DNA of 64,000 nucleotides from Felis catus. Lineage: Eukaryota. The DNA lies in NCBI RefSeq assembly GCF_018350175.1, contig NC_058372.1, positions 248,001-312,000 on the forward strand, written 5' to 3'. Numbering within the stretch: the stretch's first letter is position 1; each line of letters opens with the position of its first letter. Shown piece by piece: positions 11,676-23,570 of this stretch. Under the pieces are notes generated by a model that saw nothing but the letters and a program-made list of their open reading frames with translations, did not search any database and was not told where the DNA came from. Both the position numbers and the translations under genes were made by a program.

Positions 11676-13717
11676 AAATTATCATTAGTTTTAAAATCAT
11701 GATGCCAGTCAAGCAAAACCTGTCTAAAAGTTAAATTCTGCCTCCAGGGGCCAGAAGTTAGGGTGAGTCTCAACTGTAAAATATTATACAGATGTTAAGA
11801 TGCTTTAGTTAAACCTCAAAGAAAACAAATGTCTCTTCTCTCTCTCCCTTTTCATAACATTTCTGAAAGCCTCGGCTTCCAGCTCTTGCTCTGATTGGGG
11901 CCCTTTTCCCTCAACACAGAGGGCAGGAGAAGGGTTGGTGAGGCTGGTATTTTCCTCGTCCAGACACGCCACATGGGAGGGCAGTGGGGATCAGCGAAGC
12001 GCTGAGAAGCAGGAGGAAACACAGACCAAACCAAAAATGGGGCGCAGACCCTCAGTAGGGAAGGAGGGAAATCCCCAAGGAAGGCAGGCTGCCCCCAGGG
12101 CTGGGGGCGGGGTGAGTCCCCTGCTCTACCTGCTGCACTGGGAGATGATTGCTCCCTTGTCCTTCCAACGGGAAACATTTCCTCCTCAGATGCATCCCTC
12201 AGAATGGGGAGTCTCAGACAGTCCTATGACTCTGAGGAGATGCTGTTGGCAAATCTGCTGGAGCAAATCCAAGCCCTGGAGCCCTCAGTCGTGCAGCCAG
12301 GAAGGAACAGGCTCTGGGCAAACACCAGAAGCTCCTCTGTTAGGTGTGCCGTGTCCAAGGACCACACAGCTTGGGTAGAAGCAGTCAGTGTTACAGGAAA
12401 GCCAGTGAGCCCTTCCCCAACCCCCATCAGACCAGGGTTCCATGGCTCACAGGTCAGAGTTTAGACAACTGAGACCTGTTGAAATCAAGGCATAATGGAG
12501 AATGGGAAGGACGTGGAATTTTGAGTCAGAAAGTTTGGGCTCGAGTTCAGACTCCTGAGTTCACCGTGTGACCTTCATGGAATCGCTTCACCTCCCCGAG
12601 AGTGGAGCACCTCACCCTGCACGTGGGGCCAGAGCAACCCTCCAGATTGTTGGTGTGATAAATGAGGGCAGTTTGTGGAGGTTCCAAGTAATCCCAAAGC
12701 ACCGTCCAAACATCAGCCATAACGAATTAGTTACAATTGACAACATTCGTCGCCTGTGGGTCAAGGGGGCTCTGCTAGCAATGGCCCTGGACTCCCCCTG
12801 GTGAGCCTCAGCACCATCCTGGGAGGTCAGATGCTGCAATGAAGCCCAGAGAGCTCCAGGCACACCTGCCAAACTCTCTCCCCACAGGGCCGATGTCACA
12901 GGTTCAAGGACTTGCAGGAAAAGGAAAAAGCCACCGTCCAATGAAGGTGAGAGGATTAAGGTCTTCACGGTAGAAGAACTGGCTGTGGGTCCCCCTGTCT
13001 CCCTGTACCAGGGGCTCCCTTGTCCCACTGGCCACGTAGGAAAAGCCCCCTAATGGACACTCAGAGACCGGGACGGGATGCGGTGTTGGAGGGGCAGGCT
13101 GGGAGGGGCAGAGAGAATGGTGGCCGAGTGAGTCAGGGTATAGCTCCTTCCACATCCAGTCTTGTATTCCTGCCTCAGTCTCCTCCACCCGGGGATACCG
13201 GTGCCAGCCATAGAATCAGAAATACCATCGTTAGGACCCAGCTCTGCCCCTCACAGCTCCCCACTAACTGGAGAGAGGCTCCCCCGTTAGAAAATGAGGA
13301 TTCTGTGAAACCACCAGCCTCTTTACCGGGGGTTTGTGGGTTTGTGGGAAAGCAGATTACAAACCGAAAATCCTCTGGAAATGTGAGCACTAGACCCTTA
13401 GATACTAAGTACTGGGTACTGAGGTCCTCAAAGGCGAAAATCATAAAATATAAACAACCTAAAAGTAAAACCGAGCACACAACAAGTCCTTTAATGACTT
13501 CCTCCTCCTCCTTGGGTTTCCTTCCCTCTAGGTCCGCCCCAGCACACTGATGGGCACGGTCCCCAGTGCAAACTCAATGCAATCGGAAAATGGAACCCAT
13601 GCGCTGGAGGGACCTGTGAGGCCACCCCTTCGTCTGCTGAGTGTCCGGCTTCCTTGAGCACAGGCCCAGCCGGAACCCGCGAAGCAAGCAATTGCCACAG
13701 GACACAAGCGGCTGCCA

Positions 13718-13831
13718 CATCAGGTCCTAAGGGAGGAGAATGTCCGCCTGTCAGGCACCAGGTCCTAAGGCAGGAGAATGTCCGCCTGTCAGGCACCAGG
13801 TCCTAAGGCAGGAGAACGTCCACCTGTCAGG
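13718..13831 (+). repeat. Three tandem copies of a 38-bp unit inside the TRIM31 coiled-coil exon remnant
   Basis: ca(t/c)caggtcctaagg(g/c)aggagaa(t/c)gtcc(g/a)cctgtcagg at 13718, 13756 and 13794. Confidence 0.95.
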
Positions 13832-14089
13832 GTGAACTGGCTGGCTCAGGAGGCAGCGAAGGGAAAGAGACTAGTAATTTCACGGGAGCAGCTGAGCCCT
13901 GTCAGGAAGCTGACTGACTCCCTGAAGGCCCAGAAGGGCTGGCTGCCAGCCCGCTGCTCCTGGGAGAGCCCTGGTCACAGGCGGGAGCTCTGGCCACCTG
14001 ACAGGACAGCTGTCTGCCCGCCCAGCCCAGGAGACATGTGAGCCGTGTGTGCAATTTACAAGTAGAATGAGCAACACATATATAATTTA

Positions 14090-14500
14090 GGAATATATTG
14101 CGAGCCATGTATGTAATTTAGAATTATATTGCAAGCCTCACATGTGATTTAACATTTTTTTTCTAGTAGCCACATTAAAAAGATAGAAAAGAAACAGGCC
14201 AAATTAATTGTAATAAAATATTTCATTTAACCTATTATATCAAAATATTACCATTTCAACCGGTTAACCAATATTTTTAAGATATTAATGAAATATTTAG
14301 GATCTCGGGGGGTTTTTTTCGTACCGAGTCTTTGAAACCTGGTATATATTTTACACCAGCAGACCTCAATCCAGATCCAATGATTGCAATTACATATAGT
14401 CCTACCCGATCAGTACGCTTGCCTTTAGTGGAGACGTGTGTGGGTGGCACTGAGTCAGTTTTGGTGGTTACTGAAAATTCGGCAACATTACAAATCTGGT
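14090..14500. mobile_element. MER3/MER33-like hAT-Charlie element
   Basis: ttctagtagccacattaaaaag core; a related element lies at about 16530-17190 and contains two SINE insertions. Confidence 0.6.
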
Positions 14501-16109
14501 TCCACGTCACAGCAACCACGCCTTCAAGTGTTCAGGCTCGCGGCTACCACCCTGAGGCACAAATCAAGCTGGGAACCCTCTAGAATTCGCCCCCCACTGT
14601 CACCAGTCCAGAAATCCATCTCTGTTCCCAGAGGGTCGTGCGGACCCAGCCCCAGTGTTGCCTCGGGTCCAGTCCCAGAGACAGAGTCCACCCTGGATGC
14701 CGAACCCCTACCTGGTCCCCAGCATTCAGCCCTTTCCCGCTGGCACATCTTCTCAGGTGGGTGGAGGGGCGGGGGCTCCCCCTCTACTGCCCCCCCCCCC
14801 CCCCCCGCCCCCAGGGCCAGCACTTCCTCCTGGAAGCCATCAGACCAGTACTGCCAGTCTCTCTTCTGGAACAGGAGAGGTGGCTTGTGCAGGATGCTGG
14901 CCCTCCAGTGCACTCTCCTCCCTCACAACATCCCCTACATGGCAGCCAGATACTGGGGGGGGGGGGGGGGCACCTAAGCTGAGCATAACAGCAAGTAGGC
15001 CGGCTGCTAGAAAGAATTCCCTATTTTCCTGCAGCTCCTGCATGGCTCCTGCTCACCTGGATGGCTCCTGGCCCCCTTCTCCATCTCCCTGCACCCCACC
15101 TCATGGCCCCCCATTGCTAGCACTGGCCTCCTGACCCCCAACAACCTCCCCACCCAGGACCCCTGTTGCCTCGGCCTTCCCCTCCCCTGCGCCCCATCCC
15201 CTGGTCTCACCCTCCAGCTTAGCCACACCTTCCTAGGAACAAAGGCTTTCACCTTGACACCCTGTTCCTGTGACCTGGAGAAAAACTCAGTCTCTATCAC
15301 AGAGAGCCTGGAGCACAAGTAAGGAAGAGTCTGTCTCCTCCATTCACCTTCCTCTAGGGGATTCCTCTGGAATCCCACAGAAACTGGCCTGTGATTCCTA
15401 TGTGCTGGTAATAATGGCAGGTGCTTCTGAAGCCAAGCTTTCTGCTGAGTGCACCCCTGCTTCCTTTCAGGCATTTTTACATACTGTCTCCATCATGTTG
15501 TATTTGTCTGCCTCCCTGACTCCTGTGAGAGCCACAGAGGCGCCCTTGCCTGGGCAGGTGGCTCTTGGGGGACCAGAGAGGAGCTGGGCCCTGCCTTCCC
15601 AGGACCCTCGACGGGGACTGTGTGATCTCCAGCAAGTGACATGTGCGTCCTTGCTGCACAGCAGAGCTCTGTCTCTTCCTACAGAAAAAGAGAAAATAGA
15701 GTCAAAGTCACTGACAATCTGGGGAAATCCCTCTTCCAGCCTTGCAGGAAAACAGAAATCAGCCAGAACAGAAGCGGATGCCTTGGGCCTTGGATGTTTG
15801 GTCAGATGTTTTTTTAAAAACTAGTCTGGGTGTATAACCAGTTCAATATCTGTAAGGACTGTGCTGGTCTAAGCCCGGAGCCAGCTCAGCTGGACGGTTT
15901 TCTCCCTGGAAATATCACAAAAGCCTTCCCACGTGCCTGAGGAAAAGGACGGCCAGGGCGATGCTGCTGCCACTTCACACTTGGGGGGGGGGGGGTGCGG
16001 TAGGCTCCAAGACGCGCAGGTTTGTTTTTCTGCCCACCCTCCAGGTGCGATCTTACCTGGTCCAGGCTCCACAACCCCTAGTCTGAGGGTTGTTTTCCTT
16101 GATGGGGAA

Positions 16110-16345
16110 TGGGAAATGGGGGGAAGAGGTTGCTGGACTTTGCAGGCACCATGCTCCCTGATGGGGGATGGGAACCCAGCAGGGGGTGGGGGTGGGGGAT
16201 GGACGTTGTAGGCAGGGATGGGAAATGGGCGGGGTGGAGGGGCTGGACCTTGTAGGCACAGTGCTCCCTGATGGGGGGATGGGAACCCAGCGGGGGTGGG
16301 GGTGGGGGGGCTGGACCTTATAGGCAAAGTGGTCCCCCATGGATG
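16110..16345. repeat. Degenerate G-rich tandem repeat
   Basis: Recurring tgctccctgatggggg(g)atgggaacccagc...gggggtgggggtggggg...ggac(c/g)ttgtagg segments. Confidence 0.65.
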
Positions 16346-16885
16346 TTGGGGGGGGCCCACATGGACTGCCCTCCAGGCTTTAGGGGTGGGACCCTCTCTC
16401 ACCACACCCCACTCCTAGCCACTTCTTTTGAAGCTAAAGCTGAGGCCCCCAAGCAGTTCTGTCCTCAGCACTTTCTCACTGGTTATCAGATGGTGAGGAA
16501 GGGACCAGTCCCTGCTGAAGAGCTGGTGGCTGCTAGCCACAATTGCAGGTGGGTGCTTGACACGCGGCCAGTTCAAATTCAAGTGTGTTGTTAGTGAAGA
16601 ATGCACATTAGATTTCACAAGAATTAGTATGAACTAGAATGTAAAATATAACAATGATTTCTCACTCTTTCTGTAGAAATGACAATATTTTTAAAATATT
16701 GGGTTACATAGTATATATAACTAAAACTAATTTTAGGGGCTCCTGGCTGGCTCAGTCAGAAGAGCATGCAACTCTTGATCTCGGGGTCATGGGTTTGAGC
16801 CCTACACTAGGTGTAGAGATTACTGAAAATAAATTTTTAAAGTATTAAAATTAATTTTATTAAAAATTTTTAATGTTTATTCATC

Positions 16886-16920
<35 letters not shown>

Positions 16921-17699
16921 ACAAGTGGGGAGTGGCAGAGAGAAAGGGAGACACAGAATCCAAAGCAGGCTCCAGGCTCTGAGCTGTCAGCACAGAGCTG
17001 GTCACGGGGCTTGAACCCACGAACGATGAGATCATGACCTGAATCGAAGTCGGGCATTTAGTCAACCGAGCTACCTAGGTGCCCGGTTTTAATTTTAAAA
17101 CAGGTTTCTTTTTACTTTATGTTGATATAACTACTAAAAATTCTAAATGATATTTGTGGCCTACATTGTATTTCTACTGGACAGTGCTGGGCTAGACAGG
17201 TAACTCAGAGAAGCAGAGAAGACATCTCTCAGTGTTGTCTACCTTCTTGGTCCACTAAGAGCGAAAGGAAGAGAAATCCAGCTCCCATTTGCCCACAGCT
17301 TTGCAAATCATGGCCCTGCTACGCGTCCTGGGTGCCCCGCTCAGCCTCTTGGGACTGTCTCCGTCTCATTTCAGCTCTTCCCACAGACACATCCGCGCTG
17401 ATAGGAAGAAAGAGAAAGGCAGATTCTTCAAAAGTGTTTAGAAACCACATCAGGAGCTGTGCGTTGGGGGCTGGTGGTTGTCTCTGCCATTTGGGGAAAG
17501 TGCGAAGGGCAACCGGAAAGAACTCTGTCTCGAGGATCCCGGGAAAGCCAGATTTGGGTGCGTGCGCTTTCCTCAGCCAGCTGGGAAGAACGGGCACACG
17601 GATATGCTTTATTATTTGAAACTTAAGCAACTCCCCAAACAGTGACTAATCCCAAACTTTACGAGAAAATTATAAATTTACTCCTTCACTCTGGGATAA

Positions 17700-19560
17700 G
17701 AGAGGAGAAGGAGGGACAAGGAGGAGCGGCGGGCAGCTCCGAGTCGGTAGAATTAGTGGCTGTCAGGCACGTGCCGGGTTTCTGGACAAGGCCCTCCGGG
17801 TGTGAAGTCAGGACAGCTCAGGGCACGGAGACCCACCAGAACAGCAGCTTTTGCGAACCATCGGAGACAGTCCCGCCACCGGAGACGGGAAACCTCCGTC
17901 CCTCGCGCTGTGTGTGGAGCTCAGCGGCACTTTCCCCGCACTGGAGCATTTCTACTGCTTTGCTCCCACCGACCTCTCTTTCCTCCTTTCCTTCTCACCA
18001 AACCCCACCTCTCAAGTCCCCATTCCGTCCTCTCCTGTGGGCCTCCCTTGCTGGGAAGACCACCCCTCCAGCCCTGCTCCTTCGGGGAGGGGGCTCGGGC
18101 TCAGGGAGTGTGGGGGGTAGAGGGGAGGAACAAGCCGAGGCTGCGGAGCCCGGGCGGGCGTGAGGACTCGGAGCGGGGACCCGGGTGTGCAGGGGTGGGG
18201 ACTAGCCCTGGCTAGGGAGCCCGGAGGGAGCAGGGACCCGGGTGGGCCTGAGCGCAGCGGGGAAAGACGACCCCGGCTCTCCCCCCCCTGCTTGGGCGGT
18301 GGTGCGCCCCGGTGGCTTAGCCAAATCCTCACTCTGTTCAAACAGTGATTTACCGAGCGGCAGTGGAGCCGGGCCTGGGGCCATAAACCCTACGGCCCGG
18401 GTCACACCCTGCGTCCCCCACCCCGCCCCTCACAGCCAGCAGAGGAGTATTAATGCTGCAGCGAGAAGGCGTGAGGTCCTTGCAGGAGGCACGATGAGGC
18501 CCCGTTCCCACGCCCTAACCCAGGCTGCAGCCCCGCCACTCAAGCCCTGAGGAAGGTGGACGTAGACGCGGACTCCGGGCTCAAACGCAATCACCGCGCG
18601 CGCGGCCGAGTGGCGGACGCACCGCCCTGCACGCATCCCTGTCTCTGAGGGGCTCCACCTTGGAAAAGTACTGGAGTTCAGGAAGTCTGAGCCCCAGATA
18701 CCGTGTTACATGTGCGAATCAGGGATCCCCGGAAAAGGGAAGGAAACAGAAGACAGGAGACAGGTCAGCTCTGGGCGCTGGAACGAACCCCCCACCAGCT
18801 CCCCCAGTCCGTGGTGAATTTAGGGACTGATGTCAAGGAGGGGGAGGGGCGTGACTGGGAAGGGAGAGCCCCTCCCGGCTGCAGCTCGGAGGCAGGGGGC
18901 TGGACCACTGGACCCAGGGCTTCCCCAGTTCTCCCCCTCCTCATGCCGCGGCCCCCAGAACTCTGGGAGCGACCTCGGCTCGCCCGGACCGCGTCAGTTC
19001 CCAGGGTCTGAAGACAGTGGCTCATGACCTCCGTCCTCGCGCGTCTTGGATGCACCTGCCGACCCCGCGCGAGGCCCGCCCCTGCTCTCCCGCCCCAAGA
19101 CGGGGAGGCGGAGCTCCGAGGGCCGGGGGCGGGACCTGCATGGTGGGCGTGGTCTCTGGCTGGCTCTGGGCGGGGCTTCCTGGTGCTGGAGACCGGGGGT
19201 CGCAGGTTCCCGCCCTGGCCTGCCCTCCAGGGATCTCCCGGGGCGTCCGGGCGGATCACCCGCGCGAGGAGGCGGCCTTGCATCTGCTCCTTCCCGTTCG
19301 CGGGCTCCTGTTTCGTGGTGTCCCCAAGTCCTGAGCCTTAGGGTTATTTCTCCGCCTCCTCCCCGCGGTCCCCTCACTTCCGGATGTGCCATCGCTGGCA
19401 GGGTGGAAGCCAGGCTTCCGGGAGCCCCTTAAGGGAGGTTACACTCTTCCCGCTTCCCCGGCCAGGCCTGACGTCTCTGACCGGCCTTAAATTTTGCTTC
19501 GTCCTTCCGATCCCCTTTTCCCCACGATGCCTGTGTCGACAGGAAAGCCTGAAATGCACG
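17700..19560. promoter_or_regulatory. CpG island inside the 3' part of the TRIM31 pseudogene
   Basis: High CpG density, GC boxes (gggggcggga) and ETS cores (acttccgg at about 19376, gcttccgg). Confidence 0.7.
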
Positions 19561-20025
19561 AAGACTCCACCCAAGGCCGTTCATTGCAGCGTGTCTTGTA
19601 ATAGGACTGCGCAGGCTGGACGCCACCCAAATGGAAATCGGGGTTACGGGTGAAGACACCGCCCCAGAGAGAGCATCCTGCCTCATTCTGGTTGATTGGC
19701 AGGCAGAGGACTGGACAGCAGACCCGGGCCTCGCTTTCTCCTCCTCCACCTCATTTCCCCAGGTCCCCATGCCACACTGAACGCAGCTTTGGCCCACCTG
19801 GATCTCCACCTTCCTGAGGATCTGACGCTGAACAAGATCTCTCCAGGCCAATCGGCTGAGCTGCCCCTCACCGTCTATCCAGTTTGCAAATGAAGAGTAT
19901 CTATGCTTTATTCTAGGATGACCCCCAGGATATATTAAGTGGAAAAAGAAACAAACTAGGCAGGGGGGGAGGGGGGAAGATCCCTAGGTAGATGTAAATA
20001 TACATATTTGTTTGCTTATACTTAT

Positions 20026-20404
20026 TGATGAGGTTTTGGGTTGATGGAGGGTTCGTGGGGTTTGGAGCCGACAGCCAAGAAAGAATTGTTGAAAACGTCT
20101 TTACTGCAAAAAGGTGATTTTATTAAAGCGCGGGCCAGGACCCGCGGGCAGGGAGAGCTGCACTGGGGTCGTGTAGAAAGGCTGGTTATACGCCATGGAC
20201 TTGGGGGAGGTAAAGTCAAAAGGGAAGTTTCCAAAGAGACTTTCACAAGCTCAAGACTTACCAGAGGCCTAGCTATGGTCAAGCTAAGGTTGTTTCTCCC
20301 TCTAGCAAAGCATCAACATTAAGATAGTAGGGGGTTCCTGGACTTCAGGCTGTGATGGGACTGCCTTTTCCTGGTAAACTGGTGGAGACTCTTATCAGTT
20401 TAAT

Positions 20405-20447
<43 letters not shown>

Positions 20448-20566
20448 TTTCCTGTTCTTGGGTAGCTGGGAGTGTCCAAGGAATATCACACATGTCCCAC
20501 CTTGGGAGGGGGGGCGGTGCTGTTAGCCTGCACTCTGCCCTCAGCTTTCTCCACGATCCCTCATCA
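20026..20566 (-). mobile_element. Solo ERV LTR (541 bp)
   Basis: Perfect 8-bp terminal inverted repeat TGATGAGG...CCTCATCA; 5-bp TSD CTTAT; AATAAA on the minus strand at 20119-20124; internal (TG)n at 20407-20445. Confidence 0.9.
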
Positions 20567-20742
20567 CTTATTTTTTTATATGTGGAAATATAATCGAAAG
20601 GCTAACAAACAGTTACCTGGGGGGTGGGGGGGGGGAGGAAAGGGCAGTCGGTCTTTTCCGTATGTGCCTTGTCTTGTGCATTTGACTTTGGACCTCCCCC
20701 CCAACTGGCCTCCTAGATTTCACTCAAGTAAAATTGACTGTT

Positions 20743-20960
20743 GGGTGCCTGGGTGGCTCAGTCGGTAAGAGTCCGACTCTTGGTTTTGGCTCTGGTCATG
20801 ATCTCATGGATCGTGAGTTCAAGCCCCGCACCAGGTTTCACACTAACAGTGTGGAGTCTGCTTGGGATTCTTTCTTCACCCACCCCTCTGCCCCTCCCCT
20901 ACTCACTCTTTCTGTCTCTCTAAAAAAATAAATAAAATAATTTTTAAAACAAAACAAAAC
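20743..20960 (+). mobile_element. Can-SINE
   Basis: gggtgcctgggtggctcagtcgg head and A-rich tail. Confidence 0.88.
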
Positions 20961-21562
20961 AAAAAAGATCGACTGTATATGACAGTGCCCGCTCCCCATG
21001 CTGTGTGCTGTCTCCTTGACCAGCTCTTGTCCCTTCTCACAAGATTGTCCCCAGAAAGCCTTTCCTGACATCCCGCTAGGGTTGTTGACTGGACCGGCTC
21101 AGGGGCACCTCCTCGTGAGCATGTAGCAGCCCCCAGGCCTTACCTCAATCACCACACTATCTCCATGAATCACAACCATCTGAGAGGTTCCCCCAAAATC
21201 AGGACTCCCACTTTATTTGCCTCTTGTCTTTGGCACCTGGAACCGTCTGTGGTGTGTGTGGGTGGCCCATAAATACTTGTTGAGTGAATGCATAACTGGT
21301 TCTGTCCCTTGTGACAGCACTTCTGGCCATCTTCGCCCACATGGCCTAGGTCCAGACCCTCAACGTGGATCCCAGAGGGCAAGAATGAAGAACAGAACCC
21401 AGGACGTTACCAATGTCCTCTCGCCAAAGACCTCCAGAAACACACCCGTAGTTAAACAAGCTGGGCTTATTTTTCCTAGCGGCAAGACAGAACACACAGC
21501 ACAGGCAACTGGCCAGCATCTCTCCAGTGCAGGGGCCAAGGGCAGGCAGCCACTAGGTGGGC

Positions 21563-21967
21563 TGCTGAGGCACGAACGTTATCTTGAGTTAAAAGTCATC
21601 AAAACACAGCAAAATGCAGGAAAAACTCTCTTCCTGTCCTCACCTGCCTAAATTTACATGGGAAAGGAGAGCTTGAGACTCCCCTTTATCTCAGAAACTT
21701 ATCTGCTTGAGAAGGCAAACTTTGGTTTTCCAAATATCTACCACCTTCCTGTGAGGTCCTTCCCCACCTTGTATCCTCAGACCCTGACCCCCAACTTAGC
21801 TCACAGAAGCTCCATGTTGCCTCATCGTCGTTGGAGTTTGAATGTCTGTGTGGAAGCCCATTGCACACGATTGAATTTCGTTTTCTCCTGTTAATCTGTC
21901 TCAGGTCAGTTTGACTCAGTCCAGCCAGAAGACCTTCAAGGGCACAGGAGAGTCTTCCTCCTCAACA
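21563..21967 (+). mobile_element. Solo ERV1-type LTR (405 bp)
   Basis: Termini TGCTGAGG...CCTCAACA with a 4-bp TSD GGGC on both sides. Confidence 0.8.
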
Positions 21968-22800
21968 GGGCTGTAGGATCCAGGCTTTGTTGGGACTTGT
22001 CAGGCGGGGCTCCTCTGTTCCTCCTCAGTGGGGAGCAGGGAAAGGATGAATACGGGGCGGCTGGGGTGTGTGCGTGTCGTGTCCGTGAGGAGTTCCTTTC
22101 AAGGTAAAATACCTTTCCAGTAGAGCAAGTCTCAAGTGAATCTGCAAAGTGTCTGACCCCCAACCCAGACCCTCTGCATTCAGCCGTCTTGGTCAGCACC
22201 ACCACAGCCATGGAAGGGGACAGGGGATAGGGGAGGCCGTGAGCAGGGAGGCCAGCTGCCTTGGCTGCAGCCTGGGCAGGATTTTTGCTCTGCAGACGTC
22301 TCGTCTCCCATTCTCCCAGGGCAGAAACTCTTCAGGCAGTCGGTCCTCTTGGCCAGAATGCTTTCTTTGTCATCCTGCCTGGTATCACAGCCTCCTGAAT
22401 GACTCCCACAGCTACTCATTTGAGCCCTGAGGAAAACCTATTAGATATGAATTCTTTGTTGGTTTTGTGACAGTGGCCTCTGACCAGACAGGCTCAGCTC
22501 CCCGGCCCCCAAGAGCCTTGTTGTCTCTGCTCCCTGCCTTTTGGGGTGATGACCTCACCCTTGCCATCAGTTTCAGGGATCCAGTGACTCACTGCAGATG
22601 CCCGGCACCTGAGGTCTCTGGGGATGCTGTCTAAGGACACGGACCGTGACCTTTCGTCCTCCAGTCCAGAGCTTCTCCCTGTTAGCGATTCTTCTCTGTC
22701 TGGGAGCACTCCCGCCTCCTTCAGATCAGCACTTCTGGTGACTGCCTCCTGCACTCTCCCTCTCTGCCAGAGCTGGGGTCTCTTCAGTTCGGGTTCCTGC

Positions 22801-23570
22801 CCCCCACCCAGTGCCAGGGCTCTCCCGTCCCCCTCCCCTGCTCCCCCCAGTGCCAGGGCTCTCCCGCCCCCCTCCCCTGCTCCCCCCAGCGCCAGGGCTC
22901 TCCTGCCCCCCTCCCCTGCTCCCCCCAGTGCCAGGGCTCTCCTGCCCCCCTCCCTTGCCCACCCCAGTGCCAGGGCTCTCTAGCACCCCCTCTCCCCCCT
23001 CCAGCGCCAGGGCTCTCCCATCCCCCTCCCCTGCTCCTCCCAGTGCCAGGGCTCTCCTTCCCCCCTCCCCTGCTCCCCCCAGTGCCAGGGCTCTCCTGCC
23101 CCCCTCCCCTGCTCCCCCCAGTGCCAGGGCTCTCCTGCCCCCCTCCCCTGCTCCCCCCAGAGCCAGGGGTCTCCTGTCCCCCTCCCCTGCTCCCCCCAGC
23201 GCCAGGGCTCTCCTGCCCCCCTCCCCTGCTCCCCCCAGTGCCAGGGCTCTCCTGTCCCCCTCCCCTGCTCCCCCCAGAGCCAGGGCTCTCCTGCCCCCCT
23301 CCCCTGCTCCCCCCAGAGCCAGGGCTCTCCTGCCCCCCTCCCCTGCTCCCCCCAGCGCCAGGGCTCTCCTGCCCCCCTCCCCTGCTCCCCCCAGTGCCAG
23401 GGCTCTCCTGCCCCCCTCCCCTGCTCCCCCCAGCGCCAGCGCTCTCCTGTCCCCCTCCCCTGCCCCCCTACCCGTCCCCCCCCCCAGTGCCAGGGCTCTC
23501 CTGCCCCCCTCCCCTCCCACCCCAGCACTGGGGTTCTCCTGTACTCCCAGCACCAGGGCTCTCCTGCCCC
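22801..23570. repeat. 39-bp GC-rich minisatellite, about 19-20 copies
   Basis: Unit ccccagtgccagggctctcctgcccccctcccctgctcc; it generates the repetitive ORFs (ARALLPPSPAPPS). Confidence 0.95.

Larger units (their letters stand above)
12133..19888 (+). pseudogene. TRIM31: TRIM31 unitary pseudogene (decayed exons in original order)
   Basis: Syntenic position and orientation upstream of RNF39. Remnants versus human TRIM31 as recalled: RING/B-box 12133-12410 (FLLRCIPQNGES~FCLKCITQIGET; LLANLLEQIQALEPSVVQ~LLRNLVEKIQALQASEVQ; KLLC*VCR/SKDH). Exon 12888-12969 (DLQEKEKATVQ*...RIKVFT|gt). Exon 13664-13963 (AQPEPAKQAIATGHKRLPHQVLREE...VNWLAQE...VRKLTDSLKAQK). Exon 15237-15318 (PVP..DLEK..SITESLEH|gtaag). 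PRY start 19763-19888 (ATLNAALAHLDLHLPEDL). Stops, frameshifts and deletions throughout. Confidence 0.85.

Noticed and set aside
22801-23570. CRISPR-like regular repeats (also 42533-44080)
   Set aside because: Head-to-tail units with no unique spacers, no cas genes, and a mammalian context.
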